A stretch of 64,000 nucleotides of DNA from a virus (lineage: Duplodnaviria; Caudoviricetes): the IMG/VR virus record IMGVR_UViG_3300032038_000028, positions 1 to 64,000 of that record. One strand, given 5' to 3'. The notes beneath the pieces are model-generated. The model searched no databases, was not told the DNA's origin, and saw only the letters and a program-made list of their open reading frames with translations. A program made the position numbers and the translations under genes. This document shows positions 18,505-28,200 of this stretch, piece after piece. Every line of letters begins with the position of its first letter. The first letter of the stretch is position 1.

Positions 18505-18981
18505 ATGATTTTGAAGATTACACAACTGTCAGCACCGTGGGAAACGTATTACAAGAAGCTCCAGGCACTGCTCGGAGAAGACCCGGAAATTTCCCTGAAG
18601 TTTGATAAGGCCGCAGGGGTCATTAAGATCTATGTGGACAACGCCAAAAAAGCGGACGCACTGGATCGTCTGCTGATCGCCAGGAAGGTCTTCGGGAATG
18701 TCAAAATCAACATCACAGTGATCCCTTCCAACAAGGTATACCATGGGGAATATGAGGATCTGTATGACTGCGCGTTTGACGGCAACCCGGTTTTCGTCGG
18801 CACGCAGTATGCCTCTCTGCCTGAGGGCGGCGACCTGTCCTATGTCATCTGGAGCCGGGAAGTGGCTCAGTTCTTCAACGACAACCTTGCGGACTATCAG
18901 GGCAACCAGACCATGCTCTACGAGCAGATCGCCCGGGACGTGCTGAAATATGAGCCCGCAGTATACCACTGCACCGAGTGA
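18505..18981 (+). CDS. Hypothetical phage protein (158 aa)
   Basis: AAGGAG RBS, long ORF. Confidence 0.7.
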   Translation: MILKITQLSAPWETYYKKLQALLGEDPEISLKFDKAAGVIKIYVDNAKKADALDRLLIARKVFGNVKINITVIPSNKVYHGEYEDLYDCAFDGNPVFVGTQYASLPEGGDLSYVIWSREVAQFFNDNLADYQGNQTMLYEQIARDVLKYEPAVYHCTE

Positions 18982-19023
18982 TTATAGAGGAGGGGATGCG
19001 ATACGGCAAGCACATTATCGAAT

Positions 19024-20373
19024 ATGCGGGGCAAGTTTGCGCGGATTGAAGCGTTGTCGCCGCGTCCCGAAGGAGCTTACCGGCTGGCGGTCAGAATGAA
19101 ATCCAGCGTCCCGATGTCGGTGACGATGGAGGCGCTCGGAACGTGGGGAATCTTCGATATCACCACGGACTGGGAGCTGTACAGTCTGCTGATCGCCGAG
19201 CCGGCGGGCGACTACATCGACCTGTACCCGCTGTCGGACGACACGCTGTATGTAGAGGACATGCAGCTGACGTACGGGAAGGACGCCTATGACTGGCGGC
19301 CCGCGCCGGAAGACGACGTAACGTATGACTGGACGTGTGTGTCGGTGGACGAGGCAACGATCGCCAACATCCGCGACATCGTCAGCTATACGGAGTACTC
19401 CTGTCTGGTCAACGCAGGGGACCCCGCGCCCGCTGCTCCTACGACCAACCCGCCGCCCGCGCCATGGGTGCAGAGCGGTGCGCTGGACGGGGCTTATCAG
19501 GCGACCGCCCGGACGACGGGCGACGGCATCAGCGGGGCTACGGTCAACGCCATCCTGTTTGCGCATGCAGTGGAAGGAGCCGCCGGGTTGTACAGGCTTG
19601 TCTATGACGGAGCCGCGTGGCGGCTGGACGGCAGCGTCGTCAAACTGTCCGACTACGGGGTGGGGGTCGCAGGATCACCCATGGCCGGGGACACGGTGGC
19701 AGTGGAACTGAAGTTTGCTGCCGGCATGGAGATGTACCGGTGCGCCGTTACACTGTACAGCGACGGGTCTTTCAGCTGGGGAGAAGTAACGCTGTCTGAT
19801 GCCTTCGATGCGGCCCGGGCGGCCATGAATACCAGCACGAAATACCAGACGCAGGTGCAGCAGCTGCTGGACAGCTGGGACGTGAGCGTGCGAAGGACGG
19901 AAGTCGACGAAGAGACGCATGAAACTGTGGCTGGCATGCTGGGGCGCATTCAGGTAACAGAGAGCACGATCAGCAACCTGATCGACGAAATGCAGAAGGG
20001 CGACAACGGGCTGAATGAGCGGATCACCAGCCTGCAGACGCAGACCAGCCGCGACATTACGAACACGTTCACACAGGCCAAGGAGTACGCCGACGAGCAG
20101 TACGGCGTGGCGAGAGACTATGTGACGACCGCCCAGACATGGCAGCGGTTCAGCGCGGACGGGATTGAGCAGGGGAAGCTCGGCAGCCCGTTCAAGAGCA
20201 GGCTGAACAACGAAGAACTGGGCTTCTATGAGAACGAGCAGAAGGTTGCCTACATCAGCAACCACAAATTCATGATCACCGTCGGGGAGGTCGAAGACTC
20301 CCTGATGATCGGCAACTTTGAATTTACGAGCAGCGAGAACGGGCTCGGCATTATTTACGGGAGACGGGGGTGA
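19024..20373 (+). CDS. Phage tail/baseplate protein with C-terminal coiled coil
   Basis: DWRPAPED motif; C-terminal FSADGIEQG...LNNEELGFYE...VAYISN typical of siphovirus tail proteins; true start may be 19003. Confidence 0.7.
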   Translation: MRGKFARIEALSPRPEGAYRLAVRMKSSVPMSVTMEALGTWGIFDITTDWELYSLLIAEPAGDYIDLYPLSDDTLYVEDMQLTYGKDAYDWRPAPEDDVTYDWTCVSVDEATIANIRDIVSYTEYSCLVNAGDPAPAAPTTNPPPAPWVQSGALDGAYQATARTTGDGISGATVNAILFAHAVEGAAGLYRLVYDGAAWRLDGSVVKLSDYGVGVAGSPMAGDTVAVELKFAAGMEMYRCAVTLYSDGSFSWGEVTLSDAFDAARAAMNTSTKYQTQVQQLLDSWDVSVRRTEVDEETHETVAGMLGRIQVTESTISNLIDEMQKGDNGLNERITSLQTQTSRDITNTFTQAKEYADEQYGVARDYVTTAQTWQRFSADGIEQGKLGSPFKSRLNNEELGFYENEQKVAYISNHKFMITVGEVEDSLMIGNFEFTSSENGLGIIYGRRG

Positions 20374-20379
20374 TGACAG

Positions 20380-21951
20380 ATGGCTGTAATTGAGATACAG
20401 GGAAACCCATCACCCTTTCAGGGCAAGACGCAGATGTATGTTTCAAGCTCCGGCAGCGGCACAGCGCAGCATATTTCTGTCAGCGTAACACCGTCTAAAC
20501 ACATCATACAGTTTGATCTGAGCCGGCTCGGTGCGAACCCCGAAGTGCGCTCTGCAACGCTGACGTTCACCTCCACGCACAGCGAGAAGGACTCGATCGG
20601 CGTAGTGATGGGCAGTGTCAGCAAAAGCTGCAAACCGGAGACGGCGCTGGATGTCACCGCTGCGGTACAAAACGGCGTTGACTCGGCCACGATTTCGTTC
20701 TATGCCTATCTGCCGAACCCCAAAAGCCAGACGGTACAGTCCACCATCACTGTGGTGCTGCGGGTGGAGACCACGGGTGAGGACCCCGGATCAGACCTCC
20801 GGTCGAATCTGACCGTCGCGGAGACAACGGTTGACTTCGGCGGCGCTGTACACCTGACCATTGAACAGGCCCGGGCGTCGAGCGCGCCTTCGCACAGCTA
20901 CTGGTTTACGATTGGCAAGAAGAGCAGCGACCCGCGGACTCTTCCGGCCGGAGTAACCACGGCGACCATCAATGTGCCGACAGACGAAGACTGGCTGGCG
21001 GAACTGTCGGACACCACGGCGGGGACCATGACCATTACGCTGGACACACTATACGACGGGCAGTCGGTGGGCATGCGCGAGCACACGATGCAGGTGACGG
21101 TACCGGCGTCGATGGGTCTCACGATGAACAATGTGTCTTACAGTATTGTCAACCCAGACACCCTGACGGGTAACGAGATTCTGACAGGCGTCACCCGGCT
21201 CCAGTTCAATATCGGAACGCTGGCAGGCAGCAGGGGCGCCACCATCGCTTCTGTCCGTTACGCGGGCTGGGGCGACGCCATCACGATCAGCAGGCCCACC
21301 AGCACGGAGAACATCACCCAGCTGAGCACTGTCGTGCAGCAGACGGGGGTGCTGAAGCTCCTGATCACGGCAACGGATACCCGCGGCAGGACGATCAGCC
21401 GGGAGTTGAGTACGACGGCCCCCGCTACTCCGTATACGCCGCCATCCTTTACTTCTGTTGCCTGCGTGAGATGCGACACGGACGGCACACCGCTGGATCG
21501 CGGATCGACGGCAAAGGTACGGGCTGCCTTTCAGTGTGATACCACGGCTATCGCCGGCAACACGGTCAGGGGTGAAGTTTCTCTGCGGCAGGCAGGGGCC
21601 TCCGACTGGCTGATTGACAAAGCTACGCTGCCGAACGGCACAGAGAAGATCTTTGACACGCTGACGCTGGACACCATGCTGAGCTACGAGATCGTGCTGG
21701 TGATCACGGACAACGTCATGAGCGCCCAGCAGGTGGTGCGCCTGACAGCGCTTCAGTATATGCTGCACTTCTCCAACAACGGCCGGTCAATCGGCGTCGG
21801 GCAGGTAGCGGCAGACCTGGCGGATACTGACCCCGGCCAGCTGACCGTCAACCCGGACTGGACAGTGGCTTTCGGTACTAACGTGATGATCGGCAGCCAG
21901 ACGCTGGCAGAGTATATACAGAGCATCGTAACGGCGATGCAGGGGAGTTGA
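20380..21951 (+). CDS. DUF859-like siphovirus minor structural protein
   Basis: GSRGATI, TATDTRGRT, PYTPP...RCDTDGT motifs. Confidence 0.7.
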   Translation: MAVIEIQGNPSPFQGKTQMYVSSSGSGTAQHISVSVTPSKHIIQFDLSRLGANPEVRSATLTFTSTHSEKDSIGVVMGSVSKSCKPETALDVTAAVQNGVDSATISFYAYLPNPKSQTVQSTITVVLRVETTGEDPGSDLRSNLTVAETTVDFGGAVHLTIEQARASSAPSHSYWFTIGKKSSDPRTLPAGVTTATINVPTDEDWLAELSDTTAGTMTITLDTLYDGQSVGMREHTMQVTVPASMGLTMNNVSYSIVNPDTLTGNEILTGVTRLQFNIGTLAGSRGATIASVRYAGWGDAITISRPTSTENITQLSTVVQQTGVLKLLITATDTRGRTISRELSTTAPATPYTPPSFTSVACVRCDTDGTPLDRGSTAKVRAAFQCDTTAIAGNTVRGEVSLRQAGASDWLIDKATLPNGTEKIFDTLTLDTMLSYEIVLVITDNVMSAQQVVRLTALQYMLHFSNNGRSIGVGQVAADLADTDPGQLTVNPDWTVAFGTNVMIGSQTLAEYIQSIVTAMQGS

Positions 21952-21957
21952 TAACCG

Positions 21958-22347
21958 ATGCATGAGTATGATTATCAGATACCGCCGCAGGCCGTGTGGG
22001 AATGGGACGACGGCCAGAGCATGTACCCGCCGAACACCGACGAGCCCATGCTGATCTACCGGGGAGCGGACAGCAGATTCACCCCACCGGTCAGCGAGAC
22101 GACCGAAGAGGGAGAGCTGGTGCTGACCATCCGTTCCCGGGACGGGCGGCATGTGTGGCATCAGACGCTGGCCGACCTGACCACGGAGATCACCGTGCCT
22201 GCCTCTGTCACAAAGGACATGCAGGAGGGGCGGCATTACTATTTCTATGACATCATGGCTGTGGGCGATGAAACCATCTTCACCGTACAGCCGCTGACAC
22301 CCGTCGAGGTACACCCGACTGCCGGCGGCGCACAGTACCGGAGGTGA
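21958..22347 (+). CDS. Hypothetical tail-region protein
   Basis: GGGAG RBS, operon packing. Confidence 0.6.
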   Translation: MHEYDYQIPPQAVWEWDDGQSMYPPNTDEPMLIYRGADSRFTPPVSETTEEGELVLTIRSRDGRHVWHQTLADLTTEITVPASVTKDMQEGRHYYFYDIMAVGDETIFTVQPLTPVEVHPTAGGAQYRR

Positions 22348-22351
22348 GAGC

Positions 22352-23341
22352 ATGGAGACCATCAGACTGGAGCTGCTTGACAAAAGTCAAGTGTATTACA
22401 TCCCGGTGTCGAGCGAGAACGAGGTGACGGAGATCGTCATCGACATGAGCCGGGCATATGAAGACTGGCCGCTGGGCGAGGGCGAGATCTGGTACAGGCG
22501 GCCGGACGGAGAGTTTTACCTCAAGGATGTGACGCAGGAGGGCGGCGTGCTGACGGCGGTGCTGACGGACGTTGACACGGCCATCAGCGGCATCGCGAAG
22601 GTGGAAGGCTGGTGGGTGGATGGCACCCATTTGAAGAAGAGCCCGGAATACCGGCTCGGCATTCACCAGAGCTTTACCACGCCGGATGAGATCCGCTCTG
22701 CCAGAGCACAGGCGCTGACCCTGCTGGCTGAGTGCGAAGAGCTGCTGGCTACGATGACGGAGACCCGGGACGCCACCTACGAGGCCAGAGACATGGCGGC
22801 AGTGGCCCGGGACGAAGCGATGGAGAGCGCAGAGCAGGCGGCTCAGTACGCACAGGACGCAGACGACGCGGCGCAGCTGGCGAATGAGTACGCGGAGAAC
22901 GCGGCGACGTCGGCCACGGCTGCTGCTCAGTCTGCGACGAATGCTTCCGGCAGCGCGGCTATCGCCCAGCAGGAGCGCATCGACGCCCAGACGGCGGCGC
23001 AGAACGCGGCGACTGACCGGGCGGCTATTGCGGGCGCAACGGACAACGCGGCGGCTTCTGCGGCTGCGGCACAGCAGTACGCCCAGCTGGCGATGCGCGA
23101 ACACAACGGGGCAGACGCTGCGTATCAGGCGGCGCTCGGCGAGCAGGACAAGGCGCAGGAGGCCAGGCGCGACGCACAGACTGCCCAGATGGCGGCAGAG
23201 GCGGCGAAGGACGGGGCGGTCAGCGCGATGAACACGGCGGCCGAAAACTCCGACCAGACCGAGCAGCTGTACGCAACGTTTCTGCAGCAGTACGAATCAA
23301 TCGACCAGAGACTGACGGCGCTGGAACAACAGCTGCCGTAA
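22352..23341 (+). CDS. BppU-like baseplate/fibre protein with Ala-rich coiled coil
   Basis: ENEVTEIVID...RRPDG...LTDVDTAISG N-domain, followed by long Ala/Gln-rich helix. Confidence 0.65.
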   Translation: METIRLELLDKSQVYYIPVSSENEVTEIVIDMSRAYEDWPLGEGEIWYRRPDGEFYLKDVTQEGGVLTAVLTDVDTAISGIAKVEGWWVDGTHLKKSPEYRLGIHQSFTTPDEIRSARAQALTLLAECEELLATMTETRDATYEARDMAAVARDEAMESAEQAAQYAQDADDAAQLANEYAENAATSATAAAQSATNASGSAAIAQQERIDAQTAAQNAATDRAAIAGATDNAAASAAAAQQYAQLAMREHNGADAAYQAALGEQDKAQEARRDAQTAQMAAEAAKDGAVSAMNTAAENSDQTEQLYATFLQQYESIDQRLTALEQQLP

Positions 23342-23354
23342 AGGAGGAAGGACT

Positions 23355-23636
23355 ATGGATACGTTTTTCACATGGGAATATCTGCTGACCTTTGCCGGCT
23401 GCGTGCTGGCGACCGGTCTGCTCACACAGGGGATCAAGGCCGCGCTGCCCAAGGTGCATGCGCAGCTGATCAGCTACATTATCGCGCTGGCCATCCTGGT
23501 CGTCGGTCAGATTGCTACCGGTGAAATGACCGGCTGGGAAGCGGTGGCGCTTGACCTGATCAACGCGATGGTGGTCAGCCTGTCTGCCAACGGCGGGTAT
23601 GACGCCATCAAGAATATCGCAAAGGCTGACGCCTGA
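23355..23636 (+). CDS. Holin-like membrane protein
   Basis: 93 aa with about three hydrophobic segments, C-terminal ANGGYD; AAGGAGG RBS. Confidence 0.7.
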   Translation: MDTFFTWEYLLTFAGCVLATGLLTQGIKAALPKVHAQLISYIIALAILVVGQIATGEMTGWEAVALDLINAMVVSLSANGGYDAIKNIAKADA

Positions 23637-23650
23637 AAAGGAGAAACACA

Positions 23651-24139
23651 ATGAAGCAAAGCGATTTCACGTTCAAAGAGAAGGTTTCCTACGGCGAAAT
23701 GCTGGAGATGGCCAGCAAATATGTGAGCAACCTGTACGAAGATCCGGACAAACGTCTGACCATGGCCATCGGGGCCGAGTACCTGTGGCTGCAGGCGGCC
23801 ATGCGGCTGTTCACCAACTACGGGGCAACGGACGGTGTGGACGACCTCGAGGGCTTCATGGAGATGGTGTTCTCCGTGGGCGTCGAACGGTTTAAAAACT
23901 GGCTGATGGAAGGCGCCGGGGTGGAAAAGTACCGGGCGTTTGAACGGATGACGGAGCGCGGCGCCCAGCTGTATCTGGACATGGGGCCGCTGGAAACACT
24001 GGTGGATGAAGCGGGGCGGGCCCTGCGTCATCTCAACCGGCTGATCGAAGAAGGCGGCGAACTGACAACCGAAAGGGCTGTGGAACTGCTTCAGCAGTTT
24101 GTGGCCGAACAGGAAAAGGAAACGCCGCCCGAAGAATAA
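23651..24139 (+). CDS. Hypothetical protein (possible tail chaperone)
   Basis: AAGGAG RBS, 162 aa. Confidence 0.6.
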   Translation: MKQSDFTFKEKVSYGEMLEMASKYVSNLYEDPDKRLTMAIGAEYLWLQAAMRLFTNYGATDGVDDLEGFMEMVFSVGVERFKNWLMEGAGVEKYRAFERMTERGAQLYLDMGPLETLVDEAGRALRHLNRLIEEGGELTTERAVELLQQFVAEQEKETPPEE

Positions 24140-24153
24140 AGGAGTGTGCGTTT

Positions 24154-24582
24154 ATGGAGAATTTTCAGATTACGACCGTGGTGCAATGGCTGTCATCGAT
24201 GATCGGCGCGGTGACGGCCATCGCCGCGGCTGTGCTCAGTGTCAGTAAAAAGGCCCGGCAGGGTGTGAAGAACCTGATCAGGCGGGACACCAACGTCGAC
24301 GAGATCAAGATTGAACTCAACGGAATCAACACGGAACTGGTCACGATGCGGGAAGCCATCGGGCGGATCGAAGAGGAGAACGGGCGTCAGCGGGAAGCCC
24401 ACCTGGCAGAGCTGCGCAACGGGATCACGGGAATATACTACAAGCATCTGGATGATCGGAAGCTGGCGGCGTATGAGAAGGAAGACATGCTGAAAATGTA
24501 TGACGTATATGCAAAATGGAACGGTAACTCCTACGTACACACGATCGTCAAGGAAATGACAGAGTGGAATGTAGAGGCGTAA
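24154..24582 (+). CDS. Membrane-anchored holin-associated protein
   Basis: N-terminal TM segment, coiled coil, LRNGI...Y..Y...GN motif common in phage lysis modules. Confidence 0.6.
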   Translation: MENFQITTVVQWLSSMIGAVTAIAAAVLSVSKKARQGVKNLIRRDTNVDEIKIELNGINTELVTMREAIGRIEEENGRQREAHLAELRNGITGIYYKHLDDRKLAAYEKEDMLKMYDVYAKWNGNSYVHTIVKEMTEWNVEA

Positions 24583-24589
24583 AAGGGGA

Positions 24590-24618
24590 TTGCACAGGAC
24601 GAGCCTGTGTGGTATAAT
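24590..24618 (+). promoter_or_regulatory. SigA-type promoter
   Basis: TTGCAC-17 bp-TATAAT with extended TGn. Confidence 0.7.
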
Positions 24619-24702
24619 CATATATGGGGAGCGGTTATCTCCTTCTGCAGTGGTGTGTGGATGAGTTACAAGGTGGCCGCTCCCTTTTATATTTGCTGAC
24701 CT

Positions 24703-24779
24703 GCCGCGCTGTGCCGAACGCATGGCGCGGCTTTTTTGATTTTGAAAGCTACGGCCGGGGCATAAAGTCCCGGCTTTTT
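24703..24779 (+). terminator. Two tandem intrinsic terminators
   Basis: GCCGCGCTGTGC-CGAAC-GCATGGCGCGGC-TTTTTT and GCCGGGGC-ATAAA-GTCCCGGC-TTTTT. Confidence 0.7.
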
Positions 24780-24790
24780 GCATAGGGGGT

Positions 24791-25240
24791 GTGGGGATGG
24801 ACGCTACGTCTGCGCTCAAAGAAGCAATTATTCAGATAGGCATGGCTATGTTTGCGGACAAATTTGAAACGGCGCTTTCTGATGGAGGCGAGCTGTATGA
24901 GCAGATTATGATAGGAGCTATTGCCAGCGCGAATACATGGTATGGGTTGTATAAGCCAAAGATCTACCATCGCGGGTACACTTTGTCGCAACGTGGCAAT
25001 ATCAAGATCACCCACTCTGAGATTCAGGTGAGTGGCACACAATTACATTCAACAGTCAGTGTCGCCAACGTTGCACCGCACGCGGCCTATGAGCGCGGTT
25101 TTGAGATGGTTAACCACGAATGGAGGCCGGGCGGGGATCTAACCGGGTCGGTGCCCAGCGAGGTATCGATGACGTGGGAGCCGCCGGCGGATGTTGTGTC
25201 TGACATTGTGCAGCAGGCAGCGCAAGCGGTGTTTGGATAA
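24791..25240 (+). CDS. Hypothetical protein preceding the tape measure gene
   Basis: 149-aa ORF; YKPKIYHR motif; position. Confidence 0.55.
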   Translation: MGMDATSALKEAIIQIGMAMFADKFETALSDGGELYEQIMIGAIASANTWYGLYKPKIYHRGYTLSQRGNIKITHSEIQVSGTQLHSTVSVANVAPHAAYERGFEMVNHEWRPGGDLTGSVPSEVSMTWEPPADVVSDIVQQAAQAVFG

Positions 25241-25263
25241 ATGAGAGGACGGATGTGAGATAA

Positions 25264-28200
25264 ATGACTGAAAAAGATGTTCAGGCAACGGGTAATGGTA
25301 TTTTTAATATCGGGGATATACAGGTTGTCCAAGGCGGCAAGGATGGTGCCACAACGATACATGTTGTTGTCGAATCCAAAGATAATGGTGGGCGCGACAA
25401 CCAGAACAATATGCCGGATATGTCAGGTTTTATCAGTGCCGCAGAGGCTCTACAGGCATCTGTAGACCGCCTGACTGAGGCAACCAACGGAGAGCTCCAG
25501 GCGACCGGAGTATATCAGGCACTGCGCGATGAAATTGCGGGCCTCAGGTCTGGCGACAGCAAGTATTACAATGCCAGACGTGGGGAGGCGATGTCTGCTG
25601 AGGGGGCTCGATGGCTTGAGCAGTTGCTGAACGACCCGCACATTGCCGATATGCCAGCCGCTATGCGGGCGCTATGGAATGACATCATGGAAGACCATGG
25701 CGAGAATATCTCAGACTCCTGGCGTCAAAGGGCGAAAAATGCTGTCAGCATGATGGACAATGTCAGCCAGATGATCACCGGCCTCTGGAGCGAAGACGAT
25801 ATCAGGCATCCTGAACGATATAATAGTAAAATTACGATCCCGGAGCTGCGGATGACCCCGGAGAAAATGCGTGCCCAAAACCGGGCGCAGCTCGAAGCTA
25901 TTGCTCAGAATACCATGGCATATGTCAGAGAGAGCAGAGCGCTGGAAGACGAACTGCTGGCCAAGACAAAGGGGCAGCAACAGCAGCCGCCAGCAGCGGA
26001 ACGCACACGGGAGCGCCGCGAAAAACAGCAGGATGAGCAGAGGGCAGCGCAGCGCGAACAACGTGAGACCGGCGGCCGGAAAGAGACATCAATCAAAGCT
26101 GACAAGGTGCAAGTCAGCAGCGACAAAGCACCGGAAGTCAGCGGTGGGCAGTCGGACCAAGGGTCGGAGCGTAAGACGGGCAAAGCGCAGGCCCGCGGAG
26201 CGCTTGAAGATGCTGTCCGAGATCTCGAGCAGAAGGGTGGCGCTGGTGGTGCTCCGGGCGGTAGCGGCAAGGCGCCGGTTGGCGGTGCCGGTGGCGGAGC
26301 AGGAGGTGGCAGTGGTACTCCACCCGTAGTGCCGCCCACCGGTGGCAGTGGCAGTACGCCGCCTGTCGACCGAAACACAGTCAGGTATTTTGACAACCTG
26401 ACGGAGCTGAACAAATCCCTGCGTGAAGACTATAAACTCGGCGGGATTGCTGATGACATCGTCAAACAGCTCGGTTCGCTCAAATCGTCTGCGTCGGATA
26501 TTTCTGCGACATTTGACGGCAAAGGCAACCTGAGTGGCATTTCGCTGAATGCAAAGAGCGTAGCTCTTGGCGACGTCAAAACTGCCAGGTTGCAGTATGG
26601 TGTAACGGGTTCGCCGGAAGAAGGATACGCATGGAGCGGAGCAGCATCGAGGACACTGGCCAGCCCGCAGAAACTGAAAGATCTACAGAAAGCGCTGAAC
26701 AGCGATACGGCCGCGCAGCAGGAGCGTCTGAATACATGGCTGAAACATGATGCGCTGGCGCTGAATGCGGACGGGCGTAACACCATGCGCGAGCGCCTGC
26801 TGGACAACATTTCTGACTATGTATATCAGAATGCTAAGGGCCAGACTAAACTCGGGCACAAAGACGCGGCTACCGGTAAGGTCACCAACCTGACCAGAGA
26901 CGAGCTGAAGGGGCTTACGGATAACCTCGACACATTCGATCAGCGGATGTCTGCGATCAATAAAGGTATGCGTCAGGATCTCGTGTCCCGCGGCATTGAT
27001 GATATACAGGGTAAGTTTGATAAGCGCGTCGGGATGGTAGCGGGGTTGAAAGACCGGCTGAATGCGATCGGCATCAACCCGAATGATGCAAAGGCCGTGT
27101 TTGGCAATGGCGAAAGCGTCAAAAAGCTTTTCGGCGATATCAATAAGGCGACGCAGAGTTTTCAGAAACACACCGGCAATATCGAAGCACAGGTTGAAGA
27201 TTACAACAAACTCCATGACCTGACGCGCAGGGCACAGCAGGCGGTACAGCAGGAAGAAAGCCAGTCACGGGCAGCGGTTTCCGGCGCACAGCGCAGCGCC
27301 CGCATCCAGAGCAGGAAGGACGCGGCCAACAGGGCACTCGGTATGCCTGGAGCGGAGCAGAACGCGAAGCAGGCAGAAAATCTTCGTCAGGCAATGACAC
27401 AGCTGGACAAAGCGAAGACGCCGGCCGAAACCGTTGCTGCTCTGGCAAACGTCAAGAAATACACGGACGATCTGACGCGCAGCACCAGGGAATACGGTAA
27501 GCAGGCAGATAAAGCTGAGGCCACCCAGACCAGGATGGCAAATGCCGACAAGCAGATCGCCGACATGGGCGCAAAGCTGAAGGCGGCGGGGCTTGATAAG
27601 CCGCAGAGTCTGAAGGACGCAGAGGCCGCCAGCCGCTACTACGGCTCGTCGAAGGACGCCGCGAAGCAGCAGGGCTGGGCCGATAAAACGCTGGAGCATC
27701 TCGGCACTGCGAACACTGAAGTTTCCAAGGCACTCAAACAGTTTGAAAGCTCGTCGAAGAAAGCCGAAAGTCAGTACCAGCGGATGATGAAGAATGATCT
27801 GCTTGGCAGCGGCGACCGGAAGGCTATCGAAAAAGCCTACGGCGACTACTCGGCGAAGCAGAATCAGTCTACGCTTGAGAAGCTGCAGACGGCCATGAAT
27901 ACGGCCACGGCCAACATAGCGGCTTCTGATAAGAGCAACAAAACCGAAGAGCTGCGGGCGAGAGTTGCCAGCAAGCGCGTGGATCTGGAAGCGTCCAGCA
28001 GACGGGCAGGCGGCCGTGACTCCGGGAAGTGGAGCAAGGAGCAGGTTACCCTTGCAAAAGCGGCCAGCGCTAATCTGACGGCGGCCGAACAGGCATTGAG
28101 CGACGGCGGTATTAAAAACGCAAGATCTTATCTCTCCAGAGCGACAACCCAGATCGGGCAGCTGAATAAACAGCTTGGCGAGACAGAGCGGGTTGCCAAC

